Part shown: positions 27,316 through 36,569 of the stretch, piece after piece | Position numbering within the stretch: the first letter of the stretch is position 1 | Layout: each line of letters begins with the position of its first letter | Assembly: GCA_039796915.1 (NCBI GenBank) | Contig: JBDKIU010000009.1 | Coordinates: forward strand, 1 to 45,370 | Direction of reading: 5' to 3' | Source of the DNA: Bacteroidota bacterium | Lineage (GTDB): Bacteria; Bacteroidota; Bacteroidia; NS11-12g; UBA955 | DNA: 45,370 nucleotides | Made by a program: the position numbers and the translations under genes | Notes under the pieces: model-generated | What the model was told of the DNA's origin: nothing | Databases searched by the model: none | Seen by the model: the letters and a program-made list of their open reading frames with translations, nothing else

Positions 27316-28204
27316 GCAGCTGCGCTTTAAGTGCGTCTAAACTGTCAAACTTCCTTTCTTTTCTTAAGAATGCCTGAAATTCAAACGAGGCCGCAATTTC
27401 GTATAAATCGCCCGAAAAGTCAAAGAGGTGCGCTTCAATGCTGAAGCCTTTTCCGGGAACCGCCGGATTCATCCCGATGTTCGCCATGCCTTTATACCGG
27501 ACGCCGTTTACCAGCACGGTAACCGCATAAACGCCGTGCGCCGGGATGAGTTTGTAGGGTTCATCGGGTTGCAGATTTGCCGTGGGATAGCCTATGGTTC
27601 TGCCCAGTTTCATTCCGTGAACAATGTGGCCCTGCACGCTGTAAGCTCTGCCCAGCAAGCGATTGGCTTCGCCGATGTTTCCTTCTCCGAGTGCCTTCCG
27701 CACCTTGGTGCTGCTCACCGTTACCTCATCCACCAGCTGCGCCGGTATTTCTTCTACTTCAAAACCCAACTCCTGCGCAAATCTTTGTAACGCCTGGAAA
27801 TCACCTTCCCGATTGCGGCCAAAGCGGTGGTCATGTCCCACAACCACAGTATGTACGCCAATGGCATCGTGCAAAACCTCGCGTGCAAAAGCTTCCGGGC
27901 TCATCTGACTAAAGTGTTCGGTAAATGGAAGCACAATGAGGTTATGGATGCCCGCGGCTTCCAGCAGTGCAGCCTTTTCGGGCAGTGTGCTCAACAACTT
28001 CAGGCGTTCATCGTGAGGAAATAAAACCAGTCTTGGATGCGGGAAGAAGGTAAGCACCACACTTTCGGCATTGCGCGATTCTGCCAGGGAACGCACCCGC
28101 TCCAGGATGATGCGGTGACCGGCGTGCACACCGTCAAACGTTCCCTGAGTAAGGATGGGCTGCTTCAGGGCAGGAAGTTCTTGCAATGAATGAAAAATAC
28201 GCAT
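27272..28204 (-). CDS. ribF: Bifunctional riboflavin kinase / FMN adenylyltransferase
   Basis: GTFDGVHAGH is present, followed by the FAD-synthetase N-domain and the riboflavin kinase C-domain (GYPTANL, EAHLFDF). The start is MRIFHS (28204) or four codons upstream (28216). Confidence 0.92.
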   Translation of the reverse strand: MRIFHSLQELPALKQPILTQGTFDGVHAGHRIILERVRSLAESRNAESVVLTFFPHPRLVLFPHDERLKLLSTLPEKAALLEAAGIHNLIVLPFTEHFSQMSPEAFAREVLHDAIGVHTVVVGHDHRFGRNREGDFQALQRFAQELGFEVEEIPAQLVDEVTVSSTKVRKALGEGNIGEANRLLGRAYSVQGHIVHGMKLGRTIGYPTANLQPDEPYKLIPAHGVYAVTVLVNGVRYKGMANIGMNPAVPGKGFSIEAHLFDFSGDLYEIAASFEFQAFLRKERKFDSLDALKAQLHEDQKQSIEALAHL

Positions 28205-28309
28205 CTGCGGTTGCAAATTTCGTTGTTCATGCCGGCATTCCGTTCGTTTTCCCCGTCAAGGCCCTTGAAACGCTGACACATGCAAAGGCTTGTTTTGTAC
28301 TTTTGCCTG

Positions 28310-29374
28310 ATGCGCAGCCTGATCTTGCTTCTGTTCCTGGCCATAAGTCATGGGAGCTTTGCCCAGTTGGGCGGAAGCGGCACGTACGCATTCCTCAACA
28401 CGCCGCCATCGGCCAGAGTTTTGGCTATGGGTGGCATGGTGAATGCCATTATTGATCGCGACCCTTCGCTGATACATCAGAATCCCGCCCTGTTCAATCC
28501 GCAGATGGACCGACGCATCGTGCTGAACTATATCGACTACGTAGGAAACATCAAAGCAGGATATGGCGGTTATGTGCATCGTTTGAAAAGCGGACGCAGG
28601 TATTTGGGCGCCGGCTTTTATTACGCCGACTACGGAACCATGGACGGTTACGATGCAGGAGGAAATGCCACTGGCCCTGTCAAAGCTGCGGAAAACTGCG
28701 TGGCATTCAGCTACGGAGGCGCACTTGGTTCAAAACTCCAATTTGGAGCCACCGCCAAATTCGCCTATTCCATCATGGGCCCTTACATCGGCAACGGACC
28801 TGCTTTGGATGCCGGCTTGATTTACAGAAACGAACGCGACGATTATCAGGTTGCCTTTGTGGTGCGAAACCTCGGATTTCAGCTGGTTCGTTACGGCAAC
28901 AACAAACCGGAACCGCTCGCATCTGATGTGCAAATTGGATTCAGCAAAAAACTGGAACACATGCCGCTGCGCTTCCACGTGGTGGCACACAACCTGCATC
29001 GGCCAGACATCACCTACCGTCAATTTCTTCCCAACAGAAGCCTGCTCAACCTGAACGGCGACGACGAAGATGCCAAAGAAAACACGCTTGGCGACAAAGT
29101 GCTGAGGCATTTGGTGCTGGGTGGCGAATTTCTGCTCAGCAAAAACTGGGGCGTGATGTTCGGATACAACCATCTGCGCAGGCGCGAAATGCTGAACGAT
29201 GCCCGCCGCGGCATGGCTGGCTTCAGTTGGGGCATGACGTTTAAAGTAGAACGATTTCAGCTCACCTACGGCAGCGGAACCATGTTTCCGGGATACAACA
29301 TGAATCACTTCACCTTCAGCTTCAAGCCCGGGGATTTCAAGAAAAAAACTGCCGTTAAATCAACGCTTCCGTGA
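28310..29374 (+). CDS. porQ: Type IX secretion system protein PorQ
   Basis: Signal peptide MRSLILLLFLAISHGSFA/Q is followed by LGGSGTYAFLNTPPSARVLAMGG, the characteristic PorQ N-terminus. The rest is beta-barrel-like, and the gene sits immediately upstream of cmk as in many Bacteroidota. Confidence 0.75.
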   Translation: MRSLILLLFLAISHGSFAQLGGSGTYAFLNTPPSARVLAMGGMVNAIIDRDPSLIHQNPALFNPQMDRRIVLNYIDYVGNIKAGYGGYVHRLKSGRRYLGAGFYYADYGTMDGYDAGGNATGPVKAAENCVAFSYGGALGSKLQFGATAKFAYSIMGPYIGNGPALDAGLIYRNERDDYQVAFVVRNLGFQLVRYGNNKPEPLASDVQIGFSKKLEHMPLRFHVVAHNLHRPDITYRQFLPNRSLLNLNGDDEDAKENTLGDKVLRHLVLGGEFLLSKNWGVMFGYNHLRRREMLNDARRGMAGFSWGMTFKVERFQLTYGSGTMFPGYNMNHFTFSFKPGDFKKKTAVKSTLP

Positions 29375-30063
29375 ACAAAATAAATATTGCCATTGATGGC
29401 CACAGCAGCTGTGGCAAAGGCACGCTGGCCCGCTTTCTTTCCAAAGAACTGGGCTACGTGATGATTGACAGCGGAGCGATGTACCGCGCAGTAACCCTGG
29501 CCGCGCTGAGGAACGGCGTGGACATCCACGATGAGCAGGCTCTGGCAGCGTTGTTGCCCCAGCTGAACATCTCGTTTCAGGTGAATCCTGACAACGGACG
29601 CAGCGAACTTTGGCTGAACGGCGTGTACGAAGAGCCAAACATCCGCACCATGGAAGTTGCGCAGGCTGTAAGCATGGTAAGTAAACATTCTGCCGTTCGG
29701 CGCTACCTTGTGGCGCAACAGCAAACTATGGGCGCCCACAAAGGCGTGGTGATGGATGGCCGCGACATCGGCACCGTGGTTTTTCCTGATGCAGAATTGA
29801 AGATTTTCATGACCGCATCCCCAGAAATCCGCGCGGAGCGACGTTTTAAAGAGCTGAGTGCAGCCGGAATTCAAACCAGCTACAACGAAGTGCTTGCCAA
29901 TTTGAACGGAAGAGATGCGGTTGACAGCAGCCGGGAAGACAGTCCGCTATTGATGGCGCCGGGGGCCAAACTGCTGGACAACAGCCACCTGAGTATTGAG
30001 GCTCAGGGAGCGCAAGCGCTGGAATGGGCCAAAGCGGCCATCAACCGGAGCGCAGCTCACTGA
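29371..30063 (+). CDS. cmk: (d)CMP kinase
   Basis: IAIDGHSSCGKGT is the P-loop, followed by DSGAMYRA and VMDGRDIGT. The GTG start overlaps the porQ stop (GTGA). Confidence 0.92.
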   Translation: MNKINIAIDGHSSCGKGTLARFLSKELGYVMIDSGAMYRAVTLAALRNGVDIHDEQALAALLPQLNISFQVNPDNGRSELWLNGVYEEPNIRTMEVAQAVSMVSKHSAVRRYLVAQQQTMGAHKGVVMDGRDIGTVVFPDAELKIFMTASPEIRAERRFKELSAAGIQTSYNEVLANLNGRDAVDSSREDSPLLMAPGAKLLDNSHLSIEAQGAQALEWAKAAINRSAAH

Positions 30064-30770
30064 TCAAATTTTAATGCACCACCCCAGTTATTCATCTGCC
30101 TGAGGATGAAACGGGTTCGTGTGCGCGCAATCCTGCCTTCGATGGACCAATTACGCGGACTCGGCACGATACTCATCAAACGTGCAGACTCCAGTCGTGA
30201 CAGCTTCGCAGCCGATTTCCCGAAGTACTGCTGCGCTGCTGCTTCAGCACCATAAATACCCGGACCAAATTCGATGATGTTGAGGTACACTTCGAGGATG
30301 CGTTGTTTGCTCCAAAAGAGTTCCACCAGTGCGGTAAACCATACTTCCAGACCCTTCCTGATCCAGCTTCTCCCTTCCCACAAAAAAGCATTCTTGGCCG
30401 TTTGCTGTGAAATGGTGCTGGCACCGCGCTTATCTTCATGGGTGCGGTTGTATTCTATGGCTGCCTGGATGGCTTTAAAATCGAAACCGTTGTGGGTAAG
30501 GAAGTTCTGATCTTCGCTGCAAACGGCTGCCAACTGCAGGCTTTGCGGTATTTTTTCGAGTGAAATCCACTCCTTTTTCATCACCCACTCCTGACCGTCA
30601 AGTTTCTGTCCGACAGCGCGCGACAGCATAAGCCAGGTAAATGGAGGCGCAACAAAGCGATAAAGCAGAACGCCGGCCAGACTCAGAATGACAAACCAAA
30701 AAGCCACCCGCTTCAGCCAAAGCCACAAAAAGCGCATAAGGAGTACAAAGGTGATTCCGGCCGCTGCCAT
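30057..30770 (-). CDS. mtgA: Monofunctional biosynthetic peptidoglycan transglycosylase
   Basis: An N-terminal TM is followed by GT51 motifs: EDQNFLTHNGFD, GASTISQQTAKN, RKGLE, ILEVYLN. Confidence 0.9.
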   Translation of the reverse strand: MAAAGITFVLLMRFLWLWLKRVAFWFVILSLAGVLLYRFVAPPFTWLMLSRAVGQKLDGQEWVMKKEWISLEKIPQSLQLAAVCSEDQNFLTHNGFDFKAIQAAIEYNRTHEDKRGASTISQQTAKNAFLWEGRSWIRKGLEVWFTALVELFWSKQRILEVYLNIIEFGPGIYGAEAAAQQYFGKSAAKLSRLESARLMSIVPSPRNWSIEGRIARTRTRFILRQMNNWGGALKFDQ

Positions 30771-30834
30771 GCGGCGAAATTAGGCGCAGCGCTTCATTAA
30801 TTAACTTTCTTGAAGGCTGCGGATGTCAGGCAGC

Positions 30835-31731
30835 TTATCCTGTAGCTGATTTACGGAGCAATTTGCCCGGATTTCCTGCCACCACTTCGCCTTGCTGAAC
30901 ATCTCGGATGATCACCGAACCCATGCCAAGCACGGCGCCATCGGCTATGGTCAGTTTATTCAGCACGGCGGCAGACGGTGCCACCCAAACTTCGGCTCCA
31001 ATGGTGGTGCTTCCTGCAATCATGGAATTGGCGATGATGACTGAATTGCGCCCGATTTTCACGCCGTGGGCAATGTGCACCAGATTGTCAATTTTACAAT
31101 GCGCTCCGATTTCCGTGGCGCCAATCACCGCGCGGTCAATACAAGTATTGCTGCCTATTTCCACAAAATCTCCAATAACAACATGCCCAGAATGATTGAT
31201 GCGCTCATATACGCCATGTTCATTCTTTTCATAACCAAAACCGGGACCTCCGATGCTGCAATTACTGCCGATGGTTACATTTTTTCCGATGCGCGTTCCC
31301 TGCCGAATCACGGTACCTGAGCCAATCACCGTGCCGGCACCAATATCACAGCCTTCTTCAATCACCACATGGTGTTCAATACACACGTGTTCGGCGATGC
31401 GCACGTGTTGCATGATACAGGCCGTGGAAGCTATCATATGCCGCTGTTCCGTAGGAAACAACAGGCGCTGAATCTTGCTGAAAACCAAACGCGGGTTCTT
31501 TGCCCGGATATAGGTTACTTGCGGGAAGAAGGCAGGTGAACCTGAAGGACAAACCACCGCTCCCTGATCCACATCACGGAGTTTTTCAAGGTTCTTTTCG
31601 CTCACCCAAGTAAGACTATGCTCGGCATAATCTTGAGAATTCAGAGGTGTAACACTCGTAATTCTTCGGTCCTGCGCCCCTTCAACATCCTCATAATCAA
31701 TGAGTTTCAATAATTGTTGAACTTCTATCAT
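30835..31731 (-). CDS. lpxD: LpxD-like UDP-3-O-acylglucosamine N-acyltransferase (short paralogue)
   Basis: It has a left-handed beta-helix of hexapeptide repeats, with IGGPGFGY and DNLVHIAHGVKIG (catalytic His region) as in LpxD. At 298 aa it lacks the usual C-terminal helical extension. Confidence 0.65.
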   Translation of the reverse strand: MIEVQQLLKLIDYEDVEGAQDRRITSVTPLNSQDYAEHSLTWVSEKNLEKLRDVDQGAVVCPSGSPAFFPQVTYIRAKNPRLVFSKIQRLLFPTEQRHMIASTACIMQHVRIAEHVCIEHHVVIEEGCDIGAGTVIGSGTVIRQGTRIGKNVTIGSNCSIGGPGFGYEKNEHGVYERINHSGHVVIGDFVEIGSNTCIDRAVIGATEIGAHCKIDNLVHIAHGVKIGRNSVIIANSMIAGSTTIGAEVWVAPSAAVLNKLTIADGAVLGMGSVIIRDVQQGEVVAGNPGKLLRKSATG

Positions 31732-31965
31732 TATATATTAATAAAAATTTAAGACTGACACTTAGTACAGTGCCAAATTTATAGCGCATCACGGCACATT
31801 GCGAAAGCATTTCACGAGCCGTAAAAAATTACCTTAAGATTTTATTAACCATAAAAGCAGCCTGTTATATAAATCTAAAGGCATCGCCCAGACCTGACAA
31901 GAAAATACCGGCTAATGCAGTGCTATGAAAGTGGTTTTGCCCTGCATATCCTGTTCAGGACCGGT

Positions 31966-33411
31966 TCACCAAACCAGCAAGCAACAAGCCAGAATCAGGG
32001 CAGCACCGGTCAGGTTGAGGAACAATCCTGCGCGCATCATGTGTGCGGTGCGCATTCTTCCGGCGCCAAAAACGATGGTGTTGGGCGCTGTAGCCACGGG
32101 GAGCATAAATCCCATACTTGCCGCCAGCGTAGCGGGAATCAGCAGCGCCTGCGCTTCATGCCCGGTGGTTTGCTGTACCGATAGCAGGATGGGAAGCACC
32201 AACTGAATGCTCGCCACATTACTCGCAAACTCCGAAATAAGCAGCACCATCAGAATGATCATCAACTGCAGTTGCCACAAAGGCAGCGCCTTAAAGAAAG
32301 AAAGTTTCCCCGCCAGCAGCGCACTTAAACCACTTTGCTCAAAACCGAAGGCGAGGGCAAAGCCACTGCCAAACAAAAAGATTACATGCAGGGGAAGTCG
32401 CCGTGCATCTTCCCAATGCAACAAAGGCTCATTGGATTTTCCGGAAGGAATAAAGAATAAGAGGATTGCACCGGCCATGGCAATCGTGCTGTCCTGAATC
32501 CATCCGGGCTGTGGAAACATATCTACCCAATAAGCACGCGTAAACCACAAGACTACGGTGCCAAGGAAAACACCCAAAACCCTGATTTCCGCCGGGCTCC
32601 AGGTTCCCAGGTCTGTTTTCCTTTGGTGGAAATGACCCACTTCCAGTGGCGGGAATTGCTCACGCCGCAGGAAGAGCTGACTGAGGATGAAATAGCTGCA
32701 CAAAAGGAATGCAAGCGAAACAGGCGCTGCAATCACAAACCAGGCGGTGAAGTTCATGGCAGCAGCATCAGCAAAATGCTCGGTATAAAAACGGTAAAAC
32801 ACCATATTGGGCGGCGTTCCAACCAAAGTAGCCATCCCGCCGATGGTGGCAGCATAAGCCAAAGCGAGGAGCACCGCAGCCGCAAACCGCTGTTGTTGTC
32901 TTTCACTGCGAAAATGCAGATCCATCTGAGCGATGATGGCCATGACCGAGGGCAGCAACATCATCACCGTAGCCGTATTGCTGATCCACATCGAAACCAG
33001 CCAGGCGGTGAGCATAACGCCCATGATGATGCGCTGCGGTGTGGCGCCGATACGGCAAATCACAAACAGCGCAATGCGTTCGTGCAGCCCGTGTTTCTCG
33101 AGCGCAAAAGCCAGTAAAAATCCGCCGATGAACAAAAACAGCACCTGATCCATGTACTGCATAGCCACCAATTTCATGTCTGCAATACCCAAAACAGGCA
33201 ACAACACCAGAGGCAACAAGGAAGTTACGGCCAGGTGCACAGGTTCCAGCATCCACCAAATGGCAATCCACAAGGTTGTGGCAGCCATGAAACTAAGCAC
33301 TGAAAACGGCTGTCCATCGATACCCACGAAGCTTACGAGCAGAAAAACCAGCGGTCCTGCAGCCAGAGCGAGTTGCTTCAAAAAGGAAGTTTTAAACTGA
33401 AGCATGTGCAC
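31966..33411 (-). CDS. SLC13/DASS family anion:sodium symporter
   Basis: 481 aa and polytopic, with the duplicated hairpin regions typical of DASS permeases (SNTATVMMLLP and SNVASIQLVLP). Substrate is unknown. Confidence 0.8.
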   Translation of the reverse strand: MHMLQFKTSFLKQLALAAGPLVFLLVSFVGIDGQPFSVLSFMAATTLWIAIWWMLEPVHLAVTSLLPLVLLPVLGIADMKLVAMQYMDQVLFLFIGGFLLAFALEKHGLHERIALFVICRIGATPQRIIMGVMLTAWLVSMWISNTATVMMLLPSVMAIIAQMDLHFRSERQQQRFAAAVLLALAYAATIGGMATLVGTPPNMVFYRFYTEHFADAAAMNFTAWFVIAAPVSLAFLLCSYFILSQLFLRREQFPPLEVGHFHQRKTDLGTWSPAEIRVLGVFLGTVVLWFTRAYWVDMFPQPGWIQDSTIAMAGAILLFFIPSGKSNEPLLHWEDARRLPLHVIFLFGSGFALAFGFEQSGLSALLAGKLSFFKALPLWQLQLMIILMVLLISEFASNVASIQLVLPILLSVQQTTGHEAQALLIPATLAASMGFMLPVATAPNTIVFGAGRMRTAHMMRAGLFLNLTGAALILACCLLVW

Positions 33412-34657
33412 CCTCCGGAGGTTTAGTCAGTGTCTGAAGAATGATCCGTGTAGCGCCTGCATGTTGCTGCACCGAAGCTTGCGCAGCCTGAGCTGCCGCT
33501 GTTCTTCGCTCATCGCTGGAAAGCAGTTGCTGCAAGGTTTCATCAAACTGTTGCTGATCTTCCGGCTGGAAACCCCAACCTGCAGCAGTAGCCACCTGCG
33601 CCTCCCAATATTTATGTGTTTGGGGACCAAAAACCACAGGCATTCCATAAACCGCGGCCTCCAGGATATTGTGCAAAGCACCGCGATATCCGCCGCCAAC
33701 CACGGCCAGGTGTGCATGCCGGTATAAACGCGACAACAGTCCGATGCTGTCCACAATCAAAATATGTACACCCGCATCGGCCTCTGTAAACTCCGACCAA
33801 AGCCGGGCGCCTAAGGATTCGAACCTTGCCTGCAGGGTTTGGATATGCGCTGCTGAAACATCATGCGGCACCAAGATCAATTTCCAGCCATCCATGCCGT
33901 GACGATCAATGAAGTTGCGCAGCAATTCTTCCTCCGCCGGCCAGCTGCTGCCGGCAATGACCAGCAGCGATTCCTGTCGAAATACTTCTGCCATTGGCAC
34001 CGCTTCGGCGTGCTTTTGCAGCTGTAAGACCCTGTCGAAGCGCGTATCGCCGGCGTGCTGCACCTGCGTAAATCCCTGTTCCTGAAGCACCGAAAGACTC
34101 CGCGCATCCTGTGTGAAGATGCATCGGCTGGCCTTCAGCACGGGCAGCAGCATGTTGCCGGGGAAGCGAAAAAGAAAATGCTTCTTCGGAAACACAGCCG
34201 CAATCACAAACAGGGGAATTTTGGCGTGGTTCAGCGCATGCAGATAACCGAACCAGAAATCGTATTTCACCCAAATCGCGGCGACAGGCTTCAAAACCTT
34301 CATCACCAAACGGTTATAAGCCGGAAGATCGGCAGGAAGCGCGAAAACAAAATCGGCATCTTTGGTATTCCTGGCCGGAACATAGCCGGAAGGTGAAAAA
34401 AAACTCAGCGCAATAAACACATGTTCTCGCTGCTTTTTCAGCTCCTGCATCACCGGACGGGCCTGCTCAAATTCCCCCAAACTGGCGCAATGCACCCACC
34501 ATACTTCCGCGCCAGCGGGAACCTGAACCTGCTTCAGGGCAAGAATCCCTTCCTTACGAATGCGCTGCAGCGCAGCGGCCCGTCTGTGGAACAGGGAAAA
34601 TGGGCGAAGTAAAACTTCCGCCAGAGCCACCAGAAAGCGATACAGCAGTAAACCCAT
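33392..34657 (-). CDS. waaA: 3-deoxy-D-manno-octulosonic acid (Kdo) transferase
   Basis: WVHCASLGEFEQARPV, the GT30 layout and GGSL/GGG-type C-terminal motifs are present. The start ATG shares one base with the upstream stop (TAATG). Confidence 0.88.
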   Translation of the reverse strand: MGLLLYRFLVALAEVLLRPFSLFHRRAAALQRIRKEGILALKQVQVPAGAEVWWVHCASLGEFEQARPVMQELKKQREHVFIALSFFSPSGYVPARNTKDADFVFALPADLPAYNRLVMKVLKPVAAIWVKYDFWFGYLHALNHAKIPLFVIAAVFPKKHFLFRFPGNMLLPVLKASRCIFTQDARSLSVLQEQGFTQVQHAGDTRFDRVLQLQKHAEAVPMAEVFRQESLLVIAGSSWPAEEELLRNFIDRHGMDGWKLILVPHDVSAAHIQTLQARFESLGARLWSEFTEADAGVHILIVDSIGLLSRLYRHAHLAVVGGGYRGALHNILEAAVYGMPVVFGPQTHKYWEAQVATAAGWGFQPEDQQQFDETLQQLLSSDERRTAAAQAAQASVQQHAGATRIILQTLTKPPEGAHASV

Positions 34658-35421
34658 TACTGGAAGAACTCTTCATCACTTTTCTTCTTTCGGAAGATGG
34701 GCACCAGCAGGCCACCGCGCAAAGACAGAAGCGCATCGCTGCGGAGTTCTGTTTCACGCTTTCCCGTGGGAATGTCGATGCTGCGGCGGTTATAGGTATA
34801 GCCCTGAACCCATTCCACACCGCCAAAAAAGCTGATGCCATTGTCCAGGTTTACATGCTGGGCTGTTGCCGAAAAGCTCAGGGTCCAGCCATTGCTCAGC
34901 CTGTCGAAACCGTATTGATAAGGAACATTCAGCTGCGGCAGCGCACGTTCATCGTAAGAGAATTTGATTTTATGCTGCATAAAGCCATAGCCGGCCTGAA
35001 GGTGAATACCTGAGTGCAGGTTGCTGTTCAGCGGAATCAGGCGACCAAGCTGCATTTGTGTATGGTAGCCGCGCATGTAGGAGCGTACCACGTGGAGGAT
35101 GCCATTTTGATCAATCGGCGAACCACTCGGACCAACCATAGAACCCAGGAGGTTCGGTTCTTGCACTTTACTTCCGAAGAAAGGCCTGAAGCCAGCGCCG
35201 AAGGTCCACAACTTGCTGGATTTACGCCACACCCCAAAGCCCATCCCGTTGAACGCACCGTAACGAACTGCCAGATCGCCGGCCGGCACCTGAAAGCTGA
35301 AATCGGAATAAAAACCCAACATGGGTCGATCCGTATTTCGGGCGCTGTTGTTTGGAGTAGGTTGATCCTGCGCCGGCAGGATTCCGGGCAAGGCAAGGCA
35401 TAAGACAAATAATCGGCGCAT
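34657..35421 (-). CDS. Secreted beta-strand-rich hypothetical protein (possible outer-membrane beta-barrel)
   Basis: Signal peptide: MRRLFVLCLALPGILPA/Q. It is Gly/aromatic-rich with alternating hydrophobicity, and it is sandwiched between selD and waaA with gaps of 9 nt and -1 nt. I recognise no family. Confidence 0.55.
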   Translation of the reverse strand: MRRLFVLCLALPGILPAQDQPTPNNSARNTDRPMLGFYSDFSFQVPAGDLAVRYGAFNGMGFGVWRKSSKLWTFGAGFRPFFGSKVQEPNLLGSMVGPSGSPIDQNGILHVVRSYMRGYHTQMQLGRLIPLNSNLHSGIHLQAGYGFMQHKIKFSYDERALPQLNVPYQYGFDRLSNGWTLSFSATAQHVNLDNGISFFGGVEWVQGYTYNRRSIDIPTGKRETELRSDALLSLRGGLLVPIFRKKKSDEEFFQ

Positions 35422-35430
35422 CAGGCAAAT

Positions 35431-36456
35431 TTAATCGCGTACACGAATACCGGATGCTTCTGCGGTAAATTCACCAATCCAGGCACAATGCGGAGCTACT
35501 TGCTCCACTGCATTTTTTGACTCCGGAGCTACCGATACCAAGAGTCCGCCATTGGTTTGCGGATCGTTGAGCACTGCGAAGGCCGCAGCATCTGAAGTTT
35601 CCAGCTGTACCTCACGTTCGAGTGCATTCCAGTTGCGAAAGGTATTGTCCGGCATAATCATCATGGCTGCCAATGCGCGGGCATGTTCGGACACCGGAAT
35701 GTCTGACCAGCGCACCACAGCACCTAAAGCACTGCCTCTGCACAGTTCCATCAGGTGCCCCAGAAAGCCGAATCCAGTAACATCCGTCATGGCGTGTACG
35801 CCGGCAATCGCACCCAAGTTCATGCCTTCCATATTCAGCCGGGTGGTTAGTTCCAGCAATGCTGCGTAAGCAGGTTCCTGCAATTGACCGCGTTTGTGTG
35901 CAGCCGCCAGAATGCCGCTGCCCAGGGGTTTACAGATTCCGATCAGGTCGCCGGGACGCGCCCCGCGATTGGTTTTCAGGTGCGTGCGCTGCACCAATCC
36001 CGTAACACTCAGGCCAAACACTGGCTCACTGATGGAGATGGAATGTCCGCCGGCCAGAGGAATTCCAGCCCTCATACACATTTTCGCTGCCGCCTGAATC
36101 ACCTCGCGCGCCAGCGCTGCGGGAATTCGGTCTTCGGGCCAGCCCAGCAGCGCATTCGCCATTAAGGGCTTTCCACCCATGGCATAAACATCGCTGATGG
36201 CGTTTGCCGCCGCAATTTGTCCGAAGTCCACCGGATCATCGACCATGGGTGTGAAGAAATCGCTGGTTTGAATCAGTAGTTGGTCGTTGGAAATATCCAT
36301 CACCGACGCATCATCACGGAATTCGTTGCCCACCAGCAAATTCGGGTGATGGCCAAAATCTACGCCATGAAGCATTTCTTCCAGTGCTGCCGGATGGATT
36401 TTACACCCGCAACCACTGCCTTTGCTGAAAGAGGTTAGGCGCAGCGTTTCACTCAT
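35431..36456 (-). CDS. selD: Selenide, water dikinase (selenophosphate synthetase), Cys form
   Basis: The N-terminal SKGSGCGCKI is the SelD glycine-rich loop with catalytic Cys, followed by the AIR-synthase-like fold motifs (DDASV, DFFTP, GGHSI). I took the start at MSETLRL (36456). Confidence 0.9.
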   Translation of the reverse strand: MSETLRLTSFSKGSGCGCKIHPAALEEMLHGVDFGHHPNLLVGNEFRDDASVMDISNDQLLIQTSDFFTPMVDDPVDFGQIAAANAISDVYAMGGKPLMANALLGWPEDRIPAALAREVIQAAAKMCMRAGIPLAGGHSISISEPVFGLSVTGLVQRTHLKTNRGARPGDLIGICKPLGSGILAAAHKRGQLQEPAYAALLELTTRLNMEGMNLGAIAGVHAMTDVTGFGFLGHLMELCRGSALGAVVRWSDIPVSEHARALAAMMIMPDNTFRNWNALEREVQLETSDAAAFAVLNDPQTNGGLLVSVAPESKNAVEQVAPHCAWIGEFTAEASGIRVRD

Positions 36457-36569
36457 GGCGCAAAAATCCGTCTTTCCTGCCAACTCGCTTCTGTCCACAT
36501 TGTAAAAATTAAACTTTTTAGTACCTTGTATTGCATAATACTGTGTTTTATTCAGTTCTTTGCAGTGCA

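Noticed and set aside
35431-36456. Possibility that selD encodes a selenocysteine (in-frame TGA) form
   Set aside because: The frame is uninterrupted and the catalytic position is Cys (GSGCGCK). I saw no in-frame TGA and no SECIS-like requirement.
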